Source: Anthoceros angustus
Lineage: Eukaryota > Plantae > Anthocerotophyta
Assembly (NCBI GenBank): GCA_010909165.1
Contig: MU008172.1
Location: forward strand, 806,001-870,000
DNA: 64,000 nucleotides
Direction: 5' to 3'
Shown here: piece by piece, positions 1 through 10,124 of the stretch
Numbering within the stretch: the first letter of the stretch is position 1
Layout of the letters: every line of letters begins with the position of its first letter
Made by a program: the position numbers and the translations under genes
The notes under the pieces: model-generated
The model's input: only the letters and a program-made list of their open reading frames with translations
What the model was told of the DNA's origin: nothing
Databases searched by the model: none

Positions 1-37
1 GATTCAAGTTTGATCGCTGTTGCGTTTGGGTGGCGGG

Positions 38-973
38 ATGACCGCCGGGGCGAAGCAGACCGGGGTGGTGAGCGTGGATTCGGGGCACCAAGACGTGGTG
101 CACGATGTGGCTCTGGACTACTTCGGGAAGCGCATGGCATCGTGCTCCTCGGACCGCACCATCAAGATCTTCAGTCTGGGCGTCGGCAGTGAGCCTCCGG
201 TATTGCTCACCACTCTCACGGGCCACGAAGGCCCCGTCTGGGAGGTGGCTTGGGCGAACCCTAAGTATGGAAACATCCTCGCCTCCTGCTCTTACGATAA
301 CAAGGTGATCCTGTGGAAGGAGGGAGCTGAGAATGAGTGGTCACAGTGGTATGTGTTCCAGGAGCATTCCTCCTCGGTGAACAGCATCAGCTGGGGGCCA
401 CATGAGTTTGGCTTGTCCCTGGCGTGCGGATCTTCGGATGGCACTATATCCGTGCTCACGCACAAGGCCGACTTGCAGTGGGAGAGAACCAAGATCGAGC
501 AAGCTCACACCTTTGGAGTTACGTCCGTTTCCTGGGCTCCGGCCACAGCTCCGGGCTCGCTAGTGGGTGGGGATAACACTGGCCCAGTGAAGAAGCTTGT
601 TTCTGGGGGCTGTGACAACACTGTCAAGGTCTGGAAGTATTCCGACGGGGGTTGGAAGCTGGACTGTTTCCCGCCTCTGGCCAACCACACGGATTGGGTG
701 CGGGATGTTGCCTGGGCTCCCAATCTAGGGTTGCCCAAGTCTACCATCGCCAGTGCTTCGCAGGATGGCACCGTTATCATCTGGACGCAAGCCAAGGAAG
801 GGGACCAGTGGGAAGGGAATGTGCTGCATGATTTTAAGACTCCCACTTGGAGAGTTAGCTGGTCATTGACGGGGAATATCTTAGCTGTGTCTGACGCTAA
901 CAATGATGTGACCTTGTGGAAGGAAGCTGTAGATGGGCAGTGGAGCCAGGTGTCCACCGTACACAAGAGCTAA
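38..973 (+). CDS. SEC13: Protein transport protein SEC13 (COPII/nucleoporin WD40), single exon
   Basis: ATG at 38. WD40 repeats with SEC13 signatures GHQDVVHDVALDYFGKRMASCSSD, GHEGPVWEVAW, DWVRDVAWAPNLGLPKSTIASASQDG, WRVSWSLTGNILAV. Confidence 0.97.
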   Translation: MTAGAKQTGVVSVDSGHQDVVHDVALDYFGKRMASCSSDRTIKIFSLGVGSEPPVLLTTLTGHEGPVWEVAWANPKYGNILASCSYDNKVILWKEGAENEWSQWYVFQEHSSSVNSISWGPHEFGLSLACGSSDGTISVLTHKADLQWERTKIEQAHTFGVTSVSWAPATAPGSLVGGDNTGPVKKLVSGGCDNTVKVWKYSDGGWKLDCFPPLANHTDWVRDVAWAPNLGLPKSTIASASQDGTVIIWTQAKEGDQWEGNVLHDFKTPTWRVSWSLTGNILAVSDANNDVTLWKEAVDGQWSQVSTVHKS

Positions 974-1789
974 GGATCGGACCGTGTTGCAGGTCCAAAG
1001 GGCTTCCTTTGCCCACAGTAGGAGAACAGTGTTAGGAACAAAACAGCCCATTCAGCAGCTTCAACTTGTATTTGCTTTCCCCTCTGTAATGCCCTACTTA
1101 GCTTCGATGGTCTGTCCGGTGTTTGGACAATGCCTTGTTTCCTTCTTTGTAAGGCGGCCAATTCTTGAATTGTGTGCACGAATGTCCGATCATCTGGGCT
1201 CACCCCTTCTGCTTGCTTTCTGTCGTCAATCTGCAGAGTTTCCGCGAGCATTGCATTCCGTGATACAACATTGGGCTGCAACAATGTGGGGAACGTGTTT
1301 TCCACTTCCGCCACACGGATCTCACAGATAGTTTCATGAGTTTCTATGGCTTGTCCTGGCTTAATATTCCACTGAAGGCTAGTGCCTTAATCTACTTTAA
1401 GCGGTTCTATCTGCTATGAGACACCTGTGGTCTGTCATGGAGCACGACCCGAAGCATATCACGTAAGGGCTCTTGTTCTACATCGTCTGTTTCGGAATAT
1501 AGCCGTCCTCGGTCTGTTTTGGCATATATGTAGCCATTCGCAGAATGGTGACTGGAATTCTCAGGGCGAGACCTGGATGTGGAAAGCTGCAGGCTTGGGA
1601 AATTCTTGCAATCAATTTAGGTCTCGACATATGTATGTATGTACCTAGTACATAGGTAGTAAACGAGCCTTAATACAGAAATGGTTAGCTGAAGCTGCTG
1701 AAGCTCCGCAGCAACTTCAAGCCGGCGAGTGCTCTCGTCGTTGGCATGCGGAGCTACGAGGTGTGATAATTGATGTCAGCTCCCAGGTT

Positions 1790-3841
1790 ATGATGTGGCC
1801 CAGAGGCGTGATATGGCTTGTTGCCGCTCTGGTGATGTTGGGCGCCCTGGGCGTGTCAGTTGTGTACCTTCTGATAGAGGTGGTGCGGAGGAAGCAACGC
1901 AAAGAGGTGGTCGGGTTCTTCCACCCCTTCACAAATGACGGTGGAGGAGGAGAGCGAGTTCTTTGGTGCGCTGTGAAAGCCATCCAGGAGCAATTTCCTG
2001 GAGTTAAGACGGTGATTTATACAGGAGATCCAGCTACTCCTCAATTTTTGGCCGACAGAGCGTTCAGGTTGTTCGGCGTGCAGCTTCCCTCACCTCCTGA
2101 GGTCTTGCCCTTGTCCTTGCCCCTTGCTCTTTCCCGTTCGACAGTTGTTCGTCAAGTCTTGATGGGCTGCATTTGCTCACGCCCCGTTTTGTGGGTGTAG
2201 GTTGTTCAGCTTAGAAGAAGGAAATGGGTGGAGGCGGCAACCTACCCTCGTTTCACTCTCATTGGGCAAAGCATCGGTTCTGTTATTCTTGGGTGGGAAG
2301 CCCTAGTGAAACAAAAACCTACGCTGCTCATAGACACCAGCGGATATGCATTCATCTACCCTCTTGCTCGTGCAGTTGGCTGTAAGGTTGTCTGCTATAC
2401 GCACTATCCAACCATCAGCTCCGACATGGTCTCTCGGGTGATGAACAGGGTGTCGACGTACAACAACAAGGGCATTGTTTCCAGATCGTAAGTCCAAATG
2501 GTTTTATGTTGGAAATGGTTAAACCTTGGGTTGGGCTCTCTTTGCTGGCATACTTGTTTGTGGAAGGATGTGACCACACCTTAAACTTCCCAGATTGTTG
2601 CTATCTACGGGGAAAACATTGTACTACAAGATGATGGCATGGGCGTATGGCCTGGCAGGCAAGTGTGCACACCTGGCCATGGTGAATTCTTCTTGGACTC
2701 AGGCGCACATTGTGAGTCTTTGGGGAATACCTGAGCGAACTGTGCTGGTGTATCCCCCATGCGACACCGTGTCACTACAGGTTGGTGTTTTGATGTGTGG
2801 TGGTATGCTTTTGGTGAGTTTGACACATGGCGTTGATTGTATTTTGTGGCACACAAGTGTACACGAGGGTTTTGTCCTTCCAATGGCATGCGGATGCAGG
2901 GCGGTGGTTGAATTTAGTGTTTGAATTTTGGGTGCAAGCAGGCGCTGCCGTTAGAGCGGTCCGAGAAGAATCGGTACGTCATATCTGTTGCACAGTTCCG
3001 TCCAGAAAAGGTGAGCGTCTGTGCGGTGAAACATGTGGGCGTGGGGCGAAGTTGCTTCACTTGATGACCCTTCGGCAGGGTGGCTTCCTGGCAGGCCCAT
3101 GAAGTTCAACTGCAAGCCTTCGCACTGGCTTTGAAGAGGTTGGAAAGGGGCGAAGGGGTTAACGTAAGCACGTCAGGGAAGCCACGGTTGAAGCTGGTAG
3201 GGAGTTGCCGAGACAAGGAAGATGAAGCCAGGCTGGAGGCTCTGCAAGTGAAGTGTGGGGAACTCGGGATTGCAGACGTGGTGGACATGTGCAAGAATGT
3301 GACATACGAGTGAGTGAAGGTTTTGGAAGGTTGTGTGGAATGGTAGTTTTGGTGCAAGCCAGTGTAGTGCAACTGGTAGCAGCGTGGTATGGGTGCAGTG
3401 AACTGAAGGCTCTGCTGGGAGGCGCAGTTGCAGGACTTCACACGATGGTGGATGAACACTTCGGCATCAGCGTGGTAGAGTACATGGCAGCAGGAGCGGT
3501 ACCCATCGGTAATGACTGACTGTAGTTTGGTTTCCGTTCCGTTGCGTTCCTTGGCTTGGCTTGGCTTTGTTAGTGACGTTTGCGTGGCTCCGTTTCCAGC
3601 TCATCGGTCAGCAGGGCCGAAATTAGATATCGTGCGGGAAGAAGGTGGGCAGCGGACGGGATTCCTTGCAGCGACAGTGGAGGAGTTTGCGGATGCAGTG
3701 TACGCCGTGTTGACCATGCCGGAGGCAGCGAGGGTGGAGATGGCGAGGGCCTCGAGGCAGCGTGCTGCACAATTCTCGGAAGCCAGGTTCGACGATGAGT
3801 GGAAGGCGGCCTTGAAGCCCCTGGGCGCGGAGTTGGTTTAG
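1790..3841 (+). CDS. ALG11: GDP-Man:Man3GlcNAc2-PP-Dol alpha-1,2-mannosyltransferase ALG11 (LEW3-like), 7 exons
   Basis: N-terminal TM segment, then [61 protein letters not shown] and HRSAGPK. Exons join in frame through GT-AG introns. Confidence 0.96.
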
Positions 3842-5982
3842 GTGAGGAGTCGGAGGCACGGGTGGTGGTGTGATAAGCGAATTACGGTAGCGTACTCGAC
3901 ATGTAAATGTAGATGCAGGCAGTTGGCAGGTATGTACATACCTAGGGTGTGAAAAAACTGAGGGGGGTTTTATACCACCTTTTGGGCGACCCGGGTGTGC
4001 GTGTGCGAGTGCGAGTGCGAGTGCGACTGTACATATGGGAACGTACATAGGTGCGTGTGGAGTGCAGCGTACGCATGAAGAGGAGTGCCGAAGTTGAGTG
4101 TGGGTCCGACTCCAGCTCGTGCCCGTCCGTGTGTGGGAGTGGTGACGAGGGACCCGTGCGCAGTTTGCAGTTTGCAGTTTCGCGTTTAGCTCGCACTAAC
4201 TAGTCTAACAAGCGAAGGTTTGGCTTTGGCGTGGATGTTGCGGGTGGTTGGGGCTTGGCATTTGGAATGAAGGAGTAGGTCGGGCCCTCGGGGTGATCGT
4301 TGTTTGAAGCAGTGAGGGCGCACGTCCAGACTGACGACTGGCGACTGGCGAGATAAGGAGCAGCAGAAAGAAAGAAAGAGAGAGAATGAAAGAAAGGAAA
4401 CAATCCGGAGTTGTGTAGCGCATGGAAGAGGTTCATGAACACCCTTCACCTTCAGTACTGGAAATTCGGAGGCGGTGGACAGTGGGCAGTGGGCAGTGGC
4501 AGTGGCAGTGGCAACATGCAACACGCGTGGTACTTGGATTGTGGAGCGGTTGCTGTTGGGGTCCAGCGTCTCTAGGTCCAGGTCCAGGTCCAGGGGCGGC
4601 AGGCTGGGGTTGACGCCGACGCCCTGCCACTGTTTCGCGGTGGAGTTGAAGGGTAGGGTGGCGATCCCGATGCCATCTACATGCCGCATCTTTCCTTGCT
4701 CCGCTCCGCAGGGTGGGCTGTGATGAAGGCAAGAGGGGAGAGGGAAGAGGGAGGCCCCACACTCGCTGCTCGCTGCTCGCTGCTCGCTGCTCGCTGCACA
4801 TCCCTAGGGACATACGCATCCGACTGGTCCGTAACACCACACCAACCTGCTAAGGATCACGCCCTGGAGGCTGGCGCCCGTCCCATCCCATGCACTGCAC
4901 TTGGCCCTATCGGTAACTCTCCGTCAGATTGAGCGTGGGTCGACAGTCGAGGGAAGGCCAGAAAATGAGCACTGCACTCGCACCGTAAGCGAGTGACTGC
5001 CTCCAGCCCCGGATATGCGGATATGCGGATATGCGGACATGAGATATGCCCAATTTGCATTTTGCCTCATTTGCCGATTTGCCGATTTGCCGCAGCCTCC
5101 ATTTGTACCTCCCGGCGTCCCTTCACTCGCAAGTGCCCACCGATACTAACATCCCGTGAAGAAGATATGAGCTAGGTACATTGGTAGGTAGGTAGGTAGG
5201 CAGGTCTATCATGAAACCAAGACCTATCAAGTACTCCGCGTATCACCCAACATCGTACGTACATCTCAAAATTCACCATATTTACCAGATTTCTTTTTTT
5301 CCCTTTGCGTTTGCACCATATTTGTTACGGCAGGCAGTTACTGTGAGAGAATCGTGACCTCGTGTGTTAACAGCCTGCCGCCTGCCTTGTTTGTTTGGGG
5401 TTGTGGTAGCAGTGCTGTACACTACATATCCACGCATGTATGTACATACATGGGTCTGTTTATGTGTGTTGAAGTCGTTTGTGCATGCGTGATAAAAAGT
5501 GACAGGAGCAAGGCGAACGGCGAAAGGCGCAGGGCTCAGGGCGCAGGGCGCAAGGCGCAAGGCGCAAGGCGCAAGCGGAAAGGGGAAAGGGGAAAGGCGA
5601 AATTCGCAAGACGCAAGGCGAGGGAATGATTAGCACTCATGGCGCAGATAAGCACATTTAACACATGCAAAGGGATAATCAAGGAAGAAAGCGCCTTGAC
5701 CAGGGACACGTGGGCGTGGGCCCCGCACGGCACTGCACCCGCCGGGCAGGTGCGAGTGCGGCCTCGAGTCTGGACTTCTTCTATCCACCGGCGGCCTGTC
5801 GCCTGTCGCCTGGCACGCGGTCGACCTGCAGTCGAGATAGGCGCCAGGCGACAGGCGTCAGGCGACAGGCGACAGGCGACGGGCGACTCGCTCCGGGAAC
5901 CTGGCGCTCCACCTCCACCGCTCCACCTCCAGCGGTCGAGCCGGCCCGATATTTCTACCAGGAGGTTCCTGGTTCCACCACC

Positions 5983-6179
5983 CAGGAGGCAGGAGGGCAG
6001 AAGGGCAGGAGGGCAGGAGGCAGGAGGCAGGAGGGCAGGAGGGCAGGAGGGCAGGAGGGCAGGAGGGCAGGAGGGCAGGCGGGCAGGAGGGCAGGAGGGC
6101 AGACGGGCAGGCGGGCAGGAGCGCAGGAGAGCAGGAGAGCAGGAGAGCAGGAGAGCAGGAGAGCAGGAGAGCAGGAGAG
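5983..6179. repeat. Tandem array of 8-nt units GCAGGAGG/GCAGGAGA
   Basis: About 200 bp of directly visible repeats. It produces the spurious RRAGGQEG ORFs. Confidence 0.9.
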
Positions 6180-6467
6180 GCCAGCGGGCCGGAGGCCACG
6201 CTCACCACATGTGGAGATAGTCTACAGTGGACGTGTCCGGGTATGCGTATGCAGTAGGTACTACACAACTCCAAGCCGGTTTAGTGGCGGCCGGCACTCT
6301 CGCCTTCTCTTGCTGCCCACTGCCCAATGCCGATACACGCATTTCGCATTGCATTGCATTGCATTTCATTTCATTTCATTGCATTGCATTGCGTTCCAGG
6401 AGCATAACAAGGAGTGCTCTCGCCCTCGCTCTCGCTCGCCCCTCCCCCGTTTTCTTCTCGCATTTCC

Positions 6468-6495
6468 TTCTCTCTCTCTCTCTCTCTCTCTCTCT
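6468..6495. repeat. (CT)n microsatellite in a pyrimidine-rich, 5'-leader-like tract
   Basis: Uninterrupted CT run. Confidence 0.9.
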
Positions 6496-7790
6496 GCTCC
6501 CGCGCTAGTCCAGACTACTCGCTCTTCTCAGCGGCCGGTCTCCAGCTCTCGCTTCTCCAGTCCGCTTGTCCGCTTCGCTTCGCTTCGCTTCGCTGCTGTC
6601 CCCTCCTCCGCTCCCCAAGCTCCAGTGCCACTGCCGGCCTGGTCCCAGCCCGGGGCCGGGGAAAGGGAAGGGAAGCGCCTTGCAAGCCGCCTCCTGGCGT
6701 GCTGTGCATGGCATTGCCCCAACATGGGCACTACACAAGTGCGCAGGTTGAGATGCGGCTGCACTCTAATGTGATGCCCCCACAGTCTCCACTGCCAATC
6801 TGCCGCTGCTCCGCCGGATCTGCGCTTGCCTAGCCGCTCAGCTTGAGAGGGCCGGAGGCGGAGGCGGAGCCGGAGCCGGGGTTGGGAGGGAAGGCCCCCG
6901 TGCTGCTGCACACGGACAGCCTTGTGCCAATTACGTCCAAATGTGTGTCGCATCTGGGGGGTACTGGGCTTCTTTTGCTAGGGGATGTCATTGCTTGCTG
7001 CTGTGAGGCTGGACGTGTTTGTCACCCAGGACAGACCAGTACAGCCTGTGATTTTCACATGCACCTGCACTCCTAGTCCTATTTCTCCATCCGATTCAGC
7101 CTCCCGCCCACCTTGCTCAATTGAATGCTAGCTGTCACGCGGCTTCCAACTTCCACGCCCACTTGCCCCTTGCTTTTTCTGCTCTCGTCTCCTGCTTGCG
7201 CTTGCGTTTGCGTTTGCGTGCAACCTGTTGTGCAGCCTGGCTTCAATTTGCCGTTCAGGACCTGCAATCTTGGAGGGAAGACCGGGACGGGAAGGCGGGC
7301 CGGGCCGGGCCCCGGCTCCCGGACGGGACACCGGGCACCGGGCACCGGGCACCGGGCACTGGGGACTCCGCACCAGCTTCTTGGATCCCCTTATGCTTCT
7401 TGCTTGCTGGACCAGGAGGACTAGGACCAGGAATGAATGTGGTTGCCGTGCTGGGTTGCAGCTGCGGGCTGGCATTGACCGTGTCTTGAATGTCCTCAGC
7501 TGCCCCTGGTGGTTGGGGTGCCGCTCCCGTCTTATGTGACGCCATTCTTGTTGGCCGTTGCTTCTTCTTGACATCCACATCGCCGGGGGACGGGGGCTGG
7601 GAACCGGGTGCCGGGTGCCGGGGCCGGGGGCCGGGGGCCGAGTGCCGGGTGCCGGGGACCGGGGCCTGGGCTGCCTTTCAAGGACGAACTCTCACTGCTG
7701 CTACTAGCTGCTGCCGTCCCAGTCCGGGTCCAGGACTCACCCACAATTGCCCGCTCAGGGGTCCAGCGGGGAGCAACACCATTGGCTGCA

Positions 7791-9284
7791 ATGGAGGAGC
7801 TGTTGCCGGCCTCCCTGCTCCAGGAAGTTCTGGCCCGCCTGAATGAAGAATCGGATTTGGCGCGCTGCAGCCTGGTGAGCAAGCGCTTCCTGGAAACGGT
7901 GCGCCAGCTCACGTCTGTCAAGCTTGTGTGCACCTATGCCCGCTTTCTCCAAACCAGGCGCCGGGCACCAGGGCAGGAGCAGGAGCAGGGCCTTGGTCAG
8001 GGCCTTGGTCAGGGGCAGGGCCTTGGGCAGGGGACGCTTAAGCCCACGCCCTTCAAGGCAATTGTGACGCGCACCGTGGTGCAGCGGCAGCGGGTGGAAT
8101 GCTTGACGCTGGAGATCGACGATGCCATCCAGAGGCAGCCCGACGAGGAGGAGGAGGCCAAGCTGAGCGACTTGTGGCTCACGGACCCCGCCTTTCTGCA
8201 CCACTGGGTGCCGCACATCGGAGCCTCGCTCAAATGTCTGTCCATTACGGATTTCGGCCACCAGGCGCAGGTGCATTCCTCGTGCATTCTGCCCATCCTG
8301 TCCGCCAATTGCAAACAGCTGCGCAAACTGGAGCTGGGCAACTTGCTCTTGCAGGATGCGTGCGCCGGGATGCTTCCGCTGCCGCATTTGACCAGCCTCA
8401 CCATGGAATGCGTGGGGATGGGGGACAAGGATCTGGCAGCCATCATGGGGAATGTGCCCGCCCTGGAGAGCCTGTCCCTGGTGAGCGTTTTCGGCCTCAA
8501 AGACCTCTGCGTGGAGGGCGCCTGCCTGCTCGCCTGCTGCCTGGTGCTCACCTCCACGCCTCTGGCCGTGGTGGTGCGGGCGCCCAAGCTGTCGGAGCTC
8601 CGGCTTCAGTTCCCCTGCCCCGGCCCCGACCGCCTCACCATCCAGGCTCCCATGCTGGCGTCTCTGGAGGTCTTCACCGACAAGCGCCCGGGGGCTGTCT
8701 TCGCGGTGGCCACCGCCTCTTTCCTCAAGACTCTCCTCGTCATCTCGCCGGACTTGACATGCGTCACGGACTTCTCCGGACCCGGGGGAGCCGTCTCCAT
8801 CTCCAACATGGTCTTCGAGGCGCCCATCTTGGCATTCGATGACGAGGGCGCCTGGGAGGGAATCCTCATCCAGCCCAGGGTGCGCCTTCCCAACTTCGCC
8901 CACATTTCCCAGGGCTTCCCGTGCTTGGACACCCTCTTCTTGGGGCCCGGATTGTGGTATGCCATGGAAACCGATGCGGACGCAAAGAAGCAGCTGGGGA
9001 TTCGGAGTACTGGTGGCCTTGGCACTGGCACTGGGTGGCCCATGTTGAGGAAGCTTGTGCTGCATGTTCTGCTCTTGAACTATGACTCGTCTCTGGACTT
9101 GCTGGCCTTCCTCGTCACATCCCTGCCCTCCCTCAAGACTCTGGAGATCTACTTTCACTGTGACAGCAAGTCTGCTGCCAAGGACCTTCTGCTTTCCAAC
9201 ATGGAGAAACGCTTTGCCCACGTCGCCTTCAAGTCGGGAACCTGGAAGGCTCTTGTGTGGTCGGACCACCTTCACCCCTTGTAG
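7791..9284 (+). CDS. F-box/LRR (RNI-like) protein, single exon
   Basis: ATG at 7791. F-box MEELLPASLLQEVLARLNEESDLARCSLVSKRF followed by LRR-like repeats (LRKLELGNL, LTSLTM, LESLSL, LKTLEI). Confidence 0.88.
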   Translation: MEELLPASLLQEVLARLNEESDLARCSLVSKRFLETVRQLTSVKLVCTYARFLQTRRRAPGQEQEQGLGQGLGQGQGLGQGTLKPTPFKAIVTRTVVQRQRVECLTLEIDDAIQRQPDEEEEAKLSDLWLTDPAFLHHWVPHIGASLKCLSITDFGHQAQVHSSCILPILSANCKQLRKLELGNLLLQDACAGMLPLPHLTSLTMECVGMGDKDLAAIMGNVPALESLSLVSVFGLKDLCVEGACLLACCLVLTSTPLAVVVRAPKLSELRLQFPCPGPDRLTIQAPMLASLEVFTDKRPGAVFAVATASFLKTLLVISPDLTCVTDFSGPGGAVSISNMVFEAPILAFDDEGAWEGILIQPRVRLPNFAHISQGFPCLDTLFLGPGLWYAMETDADAKKQLGIRSTGGLGTGTGWPMLRKLVLHVLLLNYDSSLDLLAFLVTSLPSLKTLEIYFHCDSKSAAKDLLLSNMEKRFAHVAFKSGTWKALVWSDHLHPL

Positions 9285-10124
9285 CTTACTACGCTTCTCA
9301 TGGATCTATTTCCATTTTTTTGACTTGTGCAGGCGTGGGCGACGGGTGTTGTTTGTGTATGCTTGTGTTGTGTCTTCTTTTTTGGACAGGTGAGCTCCCA
9401 GGTTAGTATTTATGAATTGTGGATAGGTGAACGACAAGACTGATGAGCAATGGTCCCCAGTTTTCGTGGCGTGTGGGACGGGACAGCAGGGAGCAGTTCC
9501 CTCTGGGAAGTCGGAGCCGGCTTGCTTGCTCTTTGCCCGCAATGACACTGCAACACCAGTGCCCAGTTTTCGCAGAGGAGGTGATTCTTGAAGACACCTT
9601 GGCAGCATACTACAGTACATAGATTGATCCAACGTATATTAATAGCGTAGATTTGGTAGGTAGAGTTGAGGCATCCGGATGGGGCCTGCCCTGCCAGGCC
9701 CACAACATTTTATCCGACAAGCTGCGGATCGCCAGCCTTGTGTGCACGATTCCGCAGCAGGGACAAAATTTGAATAAATTGAAACACACAAGCTATTGCC
9801 TACTTCACTCTGCAACTTCGCATGATCCCAATCATTTGATCTGCGCTGGGGCGTGCCGCAGCCCGATCACAAGTCACAATCCTGGTGCTTCAGGGACTTC
9901 TTGCCCTGTGCAAGCGGATTACTGCTACGTCGTGCCACCAAGATGACAAGGGTGCTAACAGCCACCCACCTCCTTTCACGGTGGGCCAAGAAATGAACCG
10001 CCTCGGCATCAATCGGTGATTCAATAATGGAATATCACAGCTACAATGTGTCCTATCAACTAGCGCTGCCCGTCGGAAGTCCCCATCAATTACGCAGAGA
10101 CCCTTCACGCCTTCACAACCCGTA

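Noticed and set aside
5639-6774. 193-aa and 369-aa ORFs with RRAGGQEG repeats
   Set aside because: They are translations of microsatellite arrays that lack stop codons.
7755-9275. 506-aa minus-strand ORF opposite the F-box/LRR gene
   Set aside because: Shadow ORF of a GC-rich CDS in codon register, with no recognisable domain.
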